Positions 50,194-64,000 of a stretch of DNA of 64,000 bases are shown piece after piece. This DNA is from Chrysomallon squamiferum. Its lineage: Eukaryota > Animalia > Mollusca. Made by a program: the position numbers and the translations under genes. The stretch is taken from the NCBI GenBank assembly GCA_012295275.1, contig CM022679.1, positions 18,724,001 through 18,788,000 on the forward strand, read 5' to 3'. The notes beneath the pieces are model-generated. The model saw nothing but the letters and a program-made list of their open reading frames with translations. It had not been told where the DNA came from and searched no databases. Within the stretch, counting starts at the first letter, position 1. Every line of letters starts with the position of its first letter.

Positions 50194-53100
50194 GTTTTAC
50201 TCAGTTTTTTTTAAATTTTATTTTTACTTTTTAAGCTGCTCAAAGTTTCATCACATGAAGTAACATCTGTTGCTAGCCATTATTATTTGTTCTTGTTATT
50301 CAGATGAATTAGGCTTTAGAATTTCAAACTATTTTATAATACCCAGAAGTAAAACACTAAATGTTCACAAAATTTCGTATATTATTTACTACTAATGGTA
50401 ATATGTTATACAAAATCATGTTTACAGTTATTATGAGAAATTAATAACATTACTAAAACAGGATGAATTAACATCTGCTTTTTTTTCAGAACTTACTGTT
50501 ATATTTATCTTGCCAAAAATGATTTACTTTTTTCTTCTTGATTTTAATGTTTGATTTATTCTTTTTTTCAAAAGCATTCATCAGTAGTGTATAATTACCA
50601 TTTACTAATAATTAATGTTAATTTTGTTTGGTTGCTTTTTAACATTTGTTAAAATATGAGTGTTAACATTAGATTATTATTTTTTTTATTGGATTATTAT
50701 TATATATACTTAGGAACTACTGTATGATGATTTGATGGTTCCTTGTGATAAGACAAGTATTATAATTGGTTGTGATATACTATTTTCATGTTATGTAGTC
50801 ATACCTTCAAAATGACAATGTCATCAAAATAGTTGTGTTTTTTGTTTGTTCTTTTGTGGGTTTTTTAAATGTTTAATTATTTGTTCATAAAATATACAAT
50901 ATGCTTCTGTTAAAAGTATGAATAACAAATGTCAATCAGAGGCATCAAATTCTAAAGTCCTGTTTTGAGTGTTCTATATTTTTTTATTTTTTTTTATTCT
51001 TGTTATTGCTTTATATTTATAAAAAGAATTGTTACTTTGGCATATTTGAACTATTTATTTGTTTCTGCTTAATAATTATAATTTGAAATATTAAATATTG
51101 CAATGTTTGTATTGCTGTTTTGTTTATTACTAAAAAACAGTTTAACACTTCACTGAGTGACAGCCATTAAGCTGTCACAGTTTTTTTCATTCTCCTGCAG
51201 CTGCTCATATCTATGCTGATTCTTATTGTAATACTGAAAAGTAAAATTTCAAATCTTTGGTTGCAATTTTATACTGTACAATAAATCTAAATCTAACAGG
51301 TAAAGTTATATATAATGTGAAAGTACATGTTATCAGTTTAATTCATATATGGACCCATAATGGCAGATTAATGAAACTGAATATTTAATATTTAGAAAAT
51401 GAGTCTTGTTGGCAGGAGACTGGCCAGTGGCTAATCAAATAGAAATGATGGCAGCCTGACCGTGACAGTTATTTTAATATCAATCAAGTTCTTACTTTGT
51501 CACTTTTTTCATTTGTGTTTTTGTATTTTTACTGTGTGACTTTTGTGTTATTTATCTTATTTTTTAATGTTTTAATTAATGTAAAAAGTGGTTACATTTT
51601 CAAGTGGCAAAGATACATATATATTCTGAAACAGATGTTATTTTGAAATCCAAAGAATAGAAAAAGAGAAAACTAGTTTACTTGTATTTTTAATTTTCAA
51701 TACGTTATTACAAAAGATGATAATATATAAATAATGAAGACAAAATAAAATTAAAATATATTTATATAATTTTATTGAATAAACATCTTGTTTGTTTCGT
51801 TAACATTTATAATTAAAAATCAGCAGCATTAAAAAGTCATCAAGAAATATAACTGTTGTTTCTCAGCTATAAAATTTTAAAAACAGTGATGTACCGAAAC
51901 CATTTATCAGTTTAAAGTGATATGATCTTTGGATTATAATGATAACAATTTGAAACAGTACATATAATAATTATTTATTGTAAATATATATTATATATTA
52001 AGTATAATTTTAATTTGACACCATGAATAATTTGTCCTGAAAATCTTTTGTGTATGTGTGTCTGGCTATATACATTCTGGGAATTGTTTTATAATTAAAT
52101 TTCTATATTTGTTAATATATTTTTAATTCTATATTTTATTAGCCATGGCTTAATTAAAACACTCATTTTTAAATAGCTGTTATTAGTATAGTTAACTGAA
52201 TATTAATGTTGAAAAGTATAACTGTATTTGATACACAAAAGTAATATACCTCCTATCTGATATTGTTGTGTTTGATATTATTTTAAATGGAAAGCCTGTT
52301 TAAAAACTGTACCGAACAAATTATACATTGTGCCGAATTAAATATTGTTGTTAATATATATGCCATTTTGTTTCCCTAATAATATTGTATTAGTTATTGA
52401 TTGATTGATTGACTGATTTAACTGATTTAACAACCAGAAAAATTCAAAACTGATATTCTTATTATTTGTTTATTATTACTATTGTTATTGTTCATTTGTT
52501 AACAAAATGTACAAGGTTTAATGTGACTTTTTCAGATTTTTTTTTTTTAATCTTTTATATATTTATAAATATGAAAATAATCAAATTTGAAGTTTAACAG
52601 CAGTAACTCCATATTTTGCATTTACTACATCAGTATTATATAATGTATTTGTTTAAATCATTTCTGCCTCTAAAATTTGTGTATCTAGCAAAAGTAGATC
52701 AAGCACGAAATCAGATTTACTTTAATGTTTGTAACTCAAGCTGTAATGTGTAGCGTTATCCCTTTCATAATATCTCACATTTTTCAAACAAAGACTTGAA
52801 GGCACAATGTATACTGACAGGTAGGTCTGTGCTCCTTGAGTTTGTTAATACTGAACTGTAATTTATACACTTGTTCAGTATGTGTAGAATTGTTCAAATT
52901 GTCTTTAAGAAAAATTACTGTAATGTTATTTAACATCTGAAATTGTATTAAATAATGCATTTTGAAAGTAATATGTACTGTTTAATTAAACTTAGTGTAT
53001 TACAAAATACTTGGGATAATATGTAAATTCTAACTGTACTATCAGTATCAGTAGAACACGTATTATTTTTGAACATTTTTTTACACACATTTTTAATATT

Positions 53101-53854
53101 TACAATATTATTTTGAACTCTATTTCTAAATTAACTTTATAGATTGATGTATAGCATGTTCAGAATAAAACAACTTGTATAATGCCCATTATATCCAAAG
53201 ACTGAACAATATGTATTTGTATGTGGGGCAGTTTCTGATGACAGTTCTTCACTTATCCCCTACTATCAGCTTCAAAAAAAAAAAGTAAAATTGTCAAGTT
53301 TTATTTTCTTTCTTGTTGGAAACAGCAGCCATTAATTAACCAGTGGTTTCTCTTAGGAAAGAGAAAAATTCATGTGTGAAATAAACAACTGTGATATTAA
53401 TTTATTAATTTCTTTGTGTTTCTTTCAAAAATCAAAAGTTATATTCATTAAAAATATGTATAATTATATTGTTGTGAATATTCACTATCAAATGAAAAGA
53501 CACAGAAAAAAAACAATTGTACATGTTTGTACATTTAAATATTTCAGTTTTCTTTTGCCTCTTTGTTCATAACATTGAGGTAAAAATAATTTGTCTTCAT
53601 GATGTAAAATTGAAGGATGTATAATGTACAAGACTTCATTAAGAGGGATAGTGGCTTTCATCTATTTTCATTCTGTTAGATCTCTGTGACTTTTAAAGAG
53701 CATTTTTCCCCCATGTGTATATATAGAAAAGGAACGTGTATATCTAGAAAAGCACTTTGTGCTAACAAATAAAAAATAGAAAGAAAAAGGGAAATAAAAT
53801 GTTTTTAACATCAAAATCGGAGGTATTCATTCACCTGAGTTTTATTTTTTTTAA

Positions 53855-53956
<102 letters not shown>

Positions 53957-54858
53957 CTGGGATTTGAAGTTAAAAATTGATATACAAAGACACAGTGCAA
54001 TAATGTTTTCCCTTCATACCATTTCAGTGGTGAATGGTCATTCTTCTTATTTCACTTCCATACACAAACTTAAATCCCATTATTTGCTTCCACCGGATAC
54101 TCCAGGTGGGGAGGGGTGCTACAACTCTTCTTAAGGAAATTCGTGGCAATGATGCAAACGGCGACAGAAAACTTTGTTTAGAACGTTCTATGTAAAAGCT
54201 ACACTGTTAAAATAATGCTGTCGGATGTGATTGATGTGTCACTTGGCTTGTCCTAATAACAGCTTCTGTTTAATTGTAGAGCAGTTTGTAAACGCAAACT
54301 TGTTATACCAATAAAAAAAATGTACATAAACGATAATCCACTAATGGTATCAACCACGAATAGCAAGAACGCCAAGAGCCTGTTTTCTTCTCTGTATTTT
54401 TTTTTTTTTTCTATGCTGTTGTTGTTTTTTCTGCACCTTTTACATGCATATGGTTATGTTTCCCAGGAAGTAAACTGAAATAAGAAGATACTACAGATCG
54501 CCAGTTATTTTAGCTATTCCTTTCAGTCATGATGTTTTTCCTTACGTACAAGCAGCTTTAATCATTTTGCACTGAAAACCCAAACTGGTTGCCCCCTGCT
54601 TTGCCTTTATCTTAATGTTTGACATCCTTGTTTTGCTTTCTTGTCATGCTGGAATCTATCTTTTATTTTCTTTCGGTTATTTTATTTTATTTTATTTTAT
54701 GTTTTGTTTCGTTTTGAAAAACCATGAAGACTTAGGGCTATAATTAAGTGAAAACAGTGATTTGATATGATTCATGAATCCTTTAACACTTTAGTAAAAC
54801 TTGTTTTTCACAATAAGTTTTTTTATTTTATTATTTTAAATTTAACACGAAAAATTAC

Positions 54859-54889
<31 letters not shown>

Positions 54890-56009
54890 CTTACAGACTA
54901 CTCTTTAATCTTAGGAATTAATACTTTTTATAAGGATCTTAACATCAATACTTTAATAGAATAGTGACTGTAAACCAGTTTAACGCAGTTTTCAAATTTT
55001 ATTCACTAATCATTAAATTTTATACGGCGATAATTTTTAATATGCAGTTTGTATAGTGTGGAAACCTAATTTTAACATGTAACTAATAAAAATAGAATAA
55101 ACTTAAACTTGGTTAAGGATAACACCGACAAATGCCGTATACTTTACAGTGGTTAAACCTGTAAGCTAAATGTTGATTACTTTCTAAGCCCTAATGTTGA
55201 TTCAATCAAGTACTGAGATATGATCGTGCTTACTTAAAAGAATTAACATACCGAACAATAGATAACAAACGTGGTTTCAGCGGACACTTTGATAAACTTG
55301 GGTCGTCAGTTAAGTTTCTAGCAAATAAACCATATTCCTCTGTAAATGAGGTTTACCAGTGGGGACTAAAACTTATAAGACGAAAAGAAATATGTACTTA
55401 TTTATCCTTAGAATAATAGCTATTGTTAAAAAGGGGACATTATAAAAAAAAAAAAAAAAAAATTTAAATTATGACAAAAGAAATGACTTAATATAATAGT
55501 CCCGTCATCAAACAAAAAACGCAAGACACCACACTTTGCTGTTATCTTACCACAAATGTCCACTGGCGACAAAAATAATTTATGGAAATTGTGCCTGTTG
55601 GCCCCCACAGTCCTTGTACACGATAAATATTTACAGCTATCGGAGGATTATACCCCTTCGTTAATTATTTTTATGTCAACATCTTCACAAGTTTATTTTA
55701 TGCTTTGTGGTTTTTGATTGGTTTTGTTTACGTCGGGTATTGCGAGTATGTTTTATTAGCATATTTATCTGGATCTTAGGATGTATCATCTAATGAAATT
55801 ATCATTTAGAGCGGCCAGATAACGAGTCTTTTACATCATACAGATGTTAACTAACAGTTAAGCAAATTAAAATTTGGAGAAAGAAAAAAAAAAATTATAA
55901 AAAAAAAAAAAAAAAAAATAAAATTGACGAATCAAATTCATATTAGAAAAAAAAAAAAAAGTAAAAACCAAAAATGCTTCCTTGGTTATCAGTACAAACT
56001 AAATTATTA

Positions 56010-56095
<86 letters not shown>

Positions 56096-56098
56096 TTT
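56010..56098. repeat. Compound (ATT)n(ATTT)n microsatellite
   Basis: Read directly from the sequence. Confidence 0.95.
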
Positions 56099-56459
56099 CA
56101 AAACTGTTTCTCTGATTAAAACAGTGATTATAAATATATAATTTCTTCATTCTCGAATTCTTTCATTCTTTCCATTTTTTTTTTCTTCATATTTACATCC
56201 AGCAAATAGGTACAGAATTTATTTGGACAACCTTCTGTTGTGTTTTTTAGCGAAAGAAAACGAAACATTCTAAAATTTTAGTTGTTTGTCCTGCACCGAA
56301 TAACCCCGCTAATAGCGTTCTCGAAACGATGTGTGATTTCAGTTTAAATATTTGGTCCTAAATTACTGTTGGCAGGGCTTATGAGAAAAAGTGACACATT
56401 CAGTTATTTTCGTTTTGTTTAATTATCTTACGTCGTCTTTTTTATTCAACCATTTAAAT

Positions 56460-56690
56460 AAATATTTAAGCTTTCAGCTCATATTTATTTACGGTTATTT
56501 TTTTCTCAGCCATATGGTTAAGGATCACTGAAATAAAGATTAAGGAAACTCACTACCGCCACTTCGTGAGGTGCTCTTTCCCACTAGTAGCAAGGGATAT
56601 TTTTTATATATTTGATGTAACGGATTGGAGAGTACATGCCACAACCTCTGTTTTAACAGTTATGCAGGGCTGAGTGGTCCAAGAAATGTA
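56460..56690. mobile_element. Degenerate SINE-like interspersed repeat, copy 2
   Basis: TATTTACGGTTAT..CATATGGTTAAGGATCAC..AAGGAAACTCACTACCGCCACTTC..TAGTAGCAAGGGATATTTTTATAT; same family as 24655-24890. Confidence 0.55.
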
Positions 56691-56983
56691 GATATATGGA
56701 TAAATTCGTCTAATGAAGGAAGGAATAATGCTGTATTTAAACTAGCATTCAATATTATTCTTTAATCTAATTAACTGGAATTATAATAATAAGAGAGAAA
56801 ACTTGTTTACATTTTAATAGTAAAGGTACTAAGCTGTATACGATTCTGACTGTATTCTTCAGGCCATATTTTCAAAAGACTTTGCCAATTGAAAAACCAT
56901 GATATCTCGAAAAACTCATTGATCGAACCGTATGAAGATGAGAATGCTGTATCTGTAATGTATAGTTATATCATCAAGTATGT

Positions 56984-57019
<36 letters not shown>

Positions 57020-57294
57020 GGAAAGGATATTCATAGATAATGTCGTAATAATTTTAACAATAATTTGCATCAATATATTATTTTTTCATCCTCGTTTCTG
57101 ATTTTTTATTCTATTATTTCTTTATTTCTTTCTTTCTTTATTTATGATTTAACTCCCTAACCTTAGTTATCGACATGCGTTTAATGTCACCTTTTCATCA
57201 TGAATGTTACCAGCGCTAATTCACGGTCCATTTCAATGTTCATTCTTTTATATCTATCATTATTGTCGTTTTTTTTTTTTTTTTTTTTTTTTTA

Positions 57295-57328
<34 letters not shown>

Positions 57329-57615
57329 TTTTTTTTTTTATTTATTACTATATTTTTTTTTTTTTTTTTTTTTTGTTCATATCAAAATAACACACGAAGG
57401 GTCAGTGTGGGTGGAGATCTGACACACAAGATTCCCACAGTTGCAACGTAACTACCTTCTTTATGAAGGCGTCACGTGTTCTTTCGTCCGTGAAGGGATA
57501 CTGAGATTTTTATCAGGCTCCAATTTGCTGAGACAACCCACTGAAGTCCATTGATGTGCCGTTTCACAGCCAGCCTTTCATTACTGTTATTAAATCCCTC
57601 CAGTAAGGTCGTTAA

Positions 57616-57680
57616 ATAATAATAATAATAATAATAACAACAACAACAACAACAACAACAACAATAATTATTATTATTAT
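57616..57680. repeat. (AAT)n(AAC)n(ATT)n microsatellite
   Basis: Read directly from the sequence. Confidence 0.9.
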
Positions 57681-58347
57681 GAAATTCCTTGTTTCGTTCT
57701 CTTTACAGTTTTGATCTGTATTCTAATTTAATTTGAGAGTGTTAAAACTGTGTTGTAAACACTCATGTCAAGAGAGGGTTCCTACTCAGGTCACCATCAC
57801 AAAAAGAGTGTATTTATGCCACCAGAAGTATGGGTTTCGACCTTTACACTCGGAAGATCTCAAACAAATTGGATATAACTGCCACAGTCGGTCGTAAATA
57901 GGCGACAAGAGCAATGCAAAGCGATGTAAAAAGGCAGCGTCTGCGAGATAGCAATGTTTGCACTGTCTGGCGAGGACCCCCTGCTGAAAACTAGTTGTTA
58001 CTCTAAGTCGTATCAAGCCTCGTTGAGAAGTGATAATCAATTTATAAACAGAAATAAAAAATCAACTTTAATCAGACTCCGACCTCTCTCTGACCACTTG
58101 AAGTGAAGATCGGACATCAATCCAGGGGCTTACAGTAAGATACAAGTCTAAAGCATGCAAACACAAATTTCCATGTAATCATCCGAAAACAACTTTGTCT
58201 CGGTGGGTGGGGATGACTCTTTAATAATTATTCAGTATTATAATATCCCAGAATAATATAATATAATATGTTTTTATAAGTAAAGTCACATCAGATGTAT
58301 TATTGTGATCATTGTCCTTATCTTCATCATCGTCATTATCATATTAA

Positions 58348-58348
<1 letters not shown>

Positions 58349-58399
<51 letters not shown>

Positions 58400-58412
58400 T
58401 AGTAGTAGTAGT
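58349..58412. repeat. (ATT)n(AGT)n microsatellite
   Basis: Read directly from the sequence. Confidence 0.9.
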
Positions 58413-58893
58413 AATAGTATAAGAAGCAGTACTAATTTTGTTATTGTTCTCATTTTCTTTAATGAAAATAAAAAGATAGAAGAAAAAGAAATCATTGTAT
58501 TATAAGCCGGAAGAAAATCATAAATAAAAAAGTCATATAAAATGATATATATATATACACACACGCACACACACACTTTATATTATAGATTGTTTTGTGT
58601 TTAACAGTTAACATCCATTTATCTACATTACATTTGCTAAACACTTTGAGACAATATCATAGTTATGTTACTATTACTCTCACCTATTATAGTTCACCTA
58701 ATAAAAAAAAAAAAAAAAAAATAATTAACTACATTTATACTGTATTATGTTACATTTCCATATTTCAGATGGCTTAATCTGCTTTCAATATTCAGTTACA
58801 AAACTATTAAAAATATTTATACATTTTAAAACTGAGAGAGATAGAGAGATACATACACACCTGCGCTTGCGCGCGCTCATACACATACACACA

Positions 58894-58894
<1 letters not shown>

Positions 58895-58979
<85 letters not shown>
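58895..58979. repeat. (CA)n microsatellite
   Basis: Read directly from the sequence. Confidence 0.95.
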
Positions 58980-58980
<1 letters not shown>

Positions 58981-61900
58981 CGAAGTAAACTGGTAAAAAA
59001 CCCAACAAAGAACAGTTGATTTTCATTGATTAAAAATTAAACTGATGATGGTTTGTTTGTTGTTGTTTTTTTGGGGGGTAGTCATAAAATAAAAATACTA
59101 ATCCTACTTTTCTAACACAAATCTCTATTTATCCTTAGAATAATTTGTGTATCTGACAGAATGTTTATGACAACATATATAAATATGAGTACTTTACAAG
59201 AAGGTAGTTGAAAATAATATATTATTAGGAGGGATTTTTATGTATGAATAAAAAAGAAACCCCATTATATTTGAATTTCGAGATGTATAAGACCTATTCG
59301 CTGAAACAAAATACATATACCTCTTTTCAAACACCAGAATAGTGTAACAACCATATAGCATAGTCTACTATATTTTATTATTGTTTCCTTTTTCAGATTT
59401 TGTTTTCTATCCAAAACCCAATATGCCCCAAATCATTATAATTTTTTTAAGTCAACTCTAAAAGACAGTGATTGATGTTTCTATCTATTTAATCAGGATT
59501 TGTAACACAAGGTTATCCTACCATGTATTTGCATATCAGCTTTATTGTCTAAAATTATGTCTCCTTAAGAGGCGATGAAGGAAGATGGTAATTATTAGCA
59601 GTAAAGTGCCATAACTGCCGCTCCGGGCACAGAGGGGAAAATGTCGAGTAGTATTCTGGTTTATTTGTATTTCTTTTCTGAAATGTTTTGTAATAGCGAT
59701 TAGTGTGTTCATTCTCATTAGCTTGTGTAGACTGATTAAATATTAGTAACGTTTCATCATATATATTAAATTTCAACATAAAGCTAATTTTTAAAAACAA
59801 TTTTTGAAAACAGTATTTACCCCTGAGTCTCTTTTTTCATATTGCATAAAATCTCATAATTTTCTACATCGTACTGCCACCTATTATAAACAGAAATATT
59901 TGTTCTTTATTTTATGCTGTCACTTGCTTGTCTGGAGTATAACTTGTTTATTTCCTGTACAAACTTCGCTTATCAAGTCTTTTTATACGTTCTACTCCCC
60001 CCTTAAAAGTGTTTCAGCTGAAGTAATTATTTATATTCTGCAGTAGTAGGAACTGTTTATACCCCGCGAAGATTTTTAGCAAAGAAAAAGCTAAACTAAC
60101 TTTAAAATATACTGGTTGTTCTTCTACAGAGATTGGTTATTCTATAGTCAGGGCATAAATAGTAACTTACTTTTTGTTTTTAAATCCTAAATTTGCTTAT
60201 TTCATAAATGTATTCATGTCTGTCTGTCGCGTTACCGTATGGAAAAGGAAAATAAGAAAGCAGTAGAATTAATTTTCCAAATCTCAGCGATAAAAAGGTT
60301 CAGTTAACTTTTCATATAAATTAAAATAAATATTTAAATTATAAAGCAGTTGCCCTTATAATTTAAATTTTGTTGAACGTTTCAAATATAAATACATTTT
60401 ATAATAACCGTCCTTACAACTTATTACTTGAAATGAAATTACCTTTCTAAACAACCATGCTGTTAGGATAAATACTTATTACTACGGCCAGTGTTTCACG
60501 CAGACGGAAATCCGAACTCCCGCTGCGCTGGAGCCAGCGATCGTAGGCATTCGATTGAACATAGTTTGAGAGTAAAATCTGTTGTTTGTGATAAGACCGC
60601 ATAGTTTTGTTCCTTTTATAATCTTTAAGTAATACAGCCACAAATAAATATGTCTAATTCCTGAACGATAAAACCACCTTTATATAAAAACGTATTAATA
60701 TGATTAGGAATGTTTTCTTTCCACAAGAAGTCATACTGTTTGATTTAGAGATGTGACAGTTAATAAGACAACACGCTTACTGTAAACATAAGCAGGGGTT
60801 CCTGTGGCAAATTTTTGTATGCCACCGACTGGTATACTTTAATACACTACATCAAAAAATATTTTACAATTCAAAAAAAAAAAAGAAAAAAAAGAAATAA
60901 TTTACTGTTCACGCAAAAATGTTTTGTTTCCAGTGTAAATCGTTTCAAAATGCTACTCTTCCGATGGAATGTAAGCCTTAACAAGTTTCATCTAGGATTA
61001 AACTGATGAGGCTCCTTGATCTACAAACATGTTTTCTTAACTTCCATCTAATATAAAAAGTTTGTAGCTAGTAATAACAGTAATTCAAATAACAAGGCAA
61101 GGGAACGCCAAGAACAAAAACACAAATTTGTCTGGGAAAACAGAACAAAATATCAGTGGCTATTTTTATTTTTGTAAAGACGTTAAATTACGCGCAGTGA
61201 CATGAGCATTTCAAAATAAGGTTTTTGACTGTCTGGCACCAAGCATCTGTCGTAAAATACGGCAGTTTGGACTACTGGTTCACTGCAACGACAGCAGGTT
61301 TTTTCTTCTTTATTTCCATATAAGATGTACGAATCGAAGAGGTTTCCTCTTCTAAAGTTTTAGTGCCCCCTGATTTCGATACTGAAAACAGCTTTGAGAG
61401 ATTTCTGCAAGTTGGGCTCCCAAGACGACATCGCATCGTTTGAAAAATGATCTTGTAGATCGGGATCTAAAGTATTTTGCTAATTATACAAATTTTATGT
61501 TTAGGTTCATAGTTAGTAAATGAGGAAGTTCATTTAAAACTCGAAGAAGAACTGTTAGATGTTAAACTGGATCAAGTGGGAAACTCGAAATGTCTATTTG
61601 CCTGTCACTTTGACTTAGTATAACTTAAATGTATATCGTTTGTCCAGTGAAATTTTGTTTGCATCCTCACATGCACTACTCTATATTTTCATCTATATTT
61701 CTTTTTTCTGTGATAGGAGAATTTATTAACATTAACTCTGACCATGTGTTAAATATTATCGGATACAGATCTAACGAAGGAACACTTTGAAGAAAAGATA
61801 GACTAATTTATTTGAAGCTTTACAACATATCTTGCGCTTTATTACTGTGCAGGTTCCCATTTTCAAGTTTTAAACTCAGTTTAATTTTTGAGTGTATATT

Positions 61901-64000
61901 TTGATCAGTTACGGAGAATGTGAAAAAACTTTAACGACTTTTTGCATCTAGTTCAATGAAAATATATTAAACAGATTAACAGCATGAAGAATTTAGAGAA
62001 GAAGAAAATAAAGAAAGATTAATCAAAAGTAAACCCTGTCCATCTGGTAACCATCTTTTTCTAATATATATATATATATATTTTCTTAATTTGATTCATA
62101 GGTTATCACTGAATTCGAGCTGATGGAAATATCGGTAGATGAATGTCAGCAAAGACATTTTAATAAGACACAACAAATTGCTGAATAATAAAAGCCGACT
62201 GCATTCCCATTGCTGTCCCAGGAACGGCATACCTTCTTGTGAAGACCTTCTTGGGAAATGACTAAACAAGAGGAAGTCTTACGTATATCTGTCAATGGAA
62301 TAGGCAAACACTCTATGACATAGGCTGGATGAAATGTTAAGCCTTCTTGCCTTCGGTTCGTATTTAGAAGCAGACGGAGGCGAAAAGATCTTGTAGTAAA
62401 CAATAGATTTATGTGGGCTATAATTCTTTCCGCGGTCTTTGATCGTGTAACTCTGAATGAACATTGCAATTACTCGTAACCGAAACAGTGATCACTGTCT
62501 AAATTTGTTTTACAGTATAATATAATGGCGTGTGTATGAAAATCAACCATAATTAATTTCTAAGCGCAAATCGTATTCATATTAATATTATTAATTATGG
62601 TCCAGTTGTACTGTTGTTGTTGTTGTAACATATTAATTTAAAGACTGTAAGATTTAATTATATATCGCCTCTCAGTATTTAGAACACAATCATATATACC
62701 TTTTAATCAAAGTATTTTTAACCTTTTAATCTGCCATCAGTCCTTTACAATGAATTATAACAGAAAATAAAACCACAGACTTTTCAAACTTCAAAAGTTC
62801 TGGACAATGTAATTGATAATATTAATTAGAGTAGCAGTTAGAGGCTGTAATTAGGAAGCACAGTGGATAAGAATGCTACGATAAGAACAAGATAACAAAA
62901 CCGAGAAGGGAGGATATAATGGGACAACAACATCCCATGTAGTGATTTAAAACTGGAAGAGATAAGAAAATGTAGGATAAACACAGACAAGTCTGACATC
63001 GGCAAACAGTTTTTTAGTCAGTCGCAGATTACCAGACTATCAGCATGTAAATTTCGCATGTCACTTGCGAATTTAAACTGTGATATAATAATAAGAAGAC
63101 TATTCTCTTTGAGGGACCATTTGCCTCACTGAGAGGTATTAAATGCTGTTCCTATGATAAGTCTGAAATGCCTTTGCCAAAAAGAAAATACAAATATAAA
63201 GAAAGATGGAATAAATAAATAAATAAATAAATAAATAAAGCGGTTTCCTCATCTTTTAATGAAATTAATTTCTTTTAAAGATTTGTATGTTCATACCGTA
63301 TCTATGATTAATCCCCACGGATGTCCCATAATGCACACTTTCAATGAAATTTCCTTGAAATAATTTCTTTTCATGAAACTTAAATATAGACTAAATTAAT
63401 AAATAAATAAATAAATAAATAAAAACTTTTAAAAAGAAAGTAAATAAATAAATAAAGTTTAAAAGTTAAATATCTCGCATTCCTCAAGAAAGTAGGGAAA
63501 ATAAGATGATCGGGAAAAAACAGTGTTTTCAATTATGGAAAAGGTCTGTAAGTATGATATACCAAGGGATTTCGGTTTGTTACGCTCAGACGGGACGACA
63601 CATGCCATATCGAGATGTTAGCAGCGCGACTGACGCCAGTCTTCTCCGCTCAATAAATCTCCCGATTATTATAAGTTCTCCACTTCGTAGTAAATCGCAC
63701 AGGTAGACCGGAGAACCCACTTTTTTTCTGCGCGGAAACGTCACTATGGGATCTCACGGCTATGCAAACGAGCGCTGATTGACTTTGTGAAGGCAGGGCT
63801 AGGATACTAGAAGCGACCAACGTTTTTGAACGCGGTGACTGGCATGTAGAAACTTTTAATTTTATTCGTTACAAGTTCGTCCGTTTTAATCATATTTGTT
63901 ATCATTTTTGGCTAAATCGTCGCTCACTGTGTCATTTTTCTCTCTCTCTTTCTTAAAGGAAAGATTAAAAAAGAAATTTAATAATATTTATAACAGTGGT

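Noticed and set aside
61380-61860. Short protein-like frame (LVNEEVHLKLEEELLDVKLDQ...)
   Set aside because: Ends in a stop with no connected exons; possibly a transposon relic, but unsupported.

Overview
AT-rich, intron-rich animal genomic DNA, probably a gastropod mollusc (inferred from protein sequences and the style of the repeats). I assembled five spliced protein-coding genes by hand; all their introns are GT-AG. They are: RPSA (minus strand, running off the left edge, with a 5'TOP first exon at ~9.15 kb); NTAN1 (plus, 310 aa, head-to-head with RPSA); RRN3/TIF-IA (minus, ~566 aa, convergent with NTAN1); CFAP299/C4orf22 (minus, 233 aa); and an uncharacterised 563-aa coiled-coil gene (plus, 13 coding exons, head-to-head with CFAP299). 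RPSA intron 1 holds decayed DNA transposons. RPSA introns also hold up to three structured ~190-225 nt elements with snoRNA-like box motifs, which are the best candidates for an undescribed RNA system. After ~54 kb there is no recognisable gene, only microsatellites, SINE-like fragments and CpG-richer non-coding DNA. Most ORFs in the supplied track are spurious. All comparisons to human genes and repeat consensus sequences are from memory, not from database searches.
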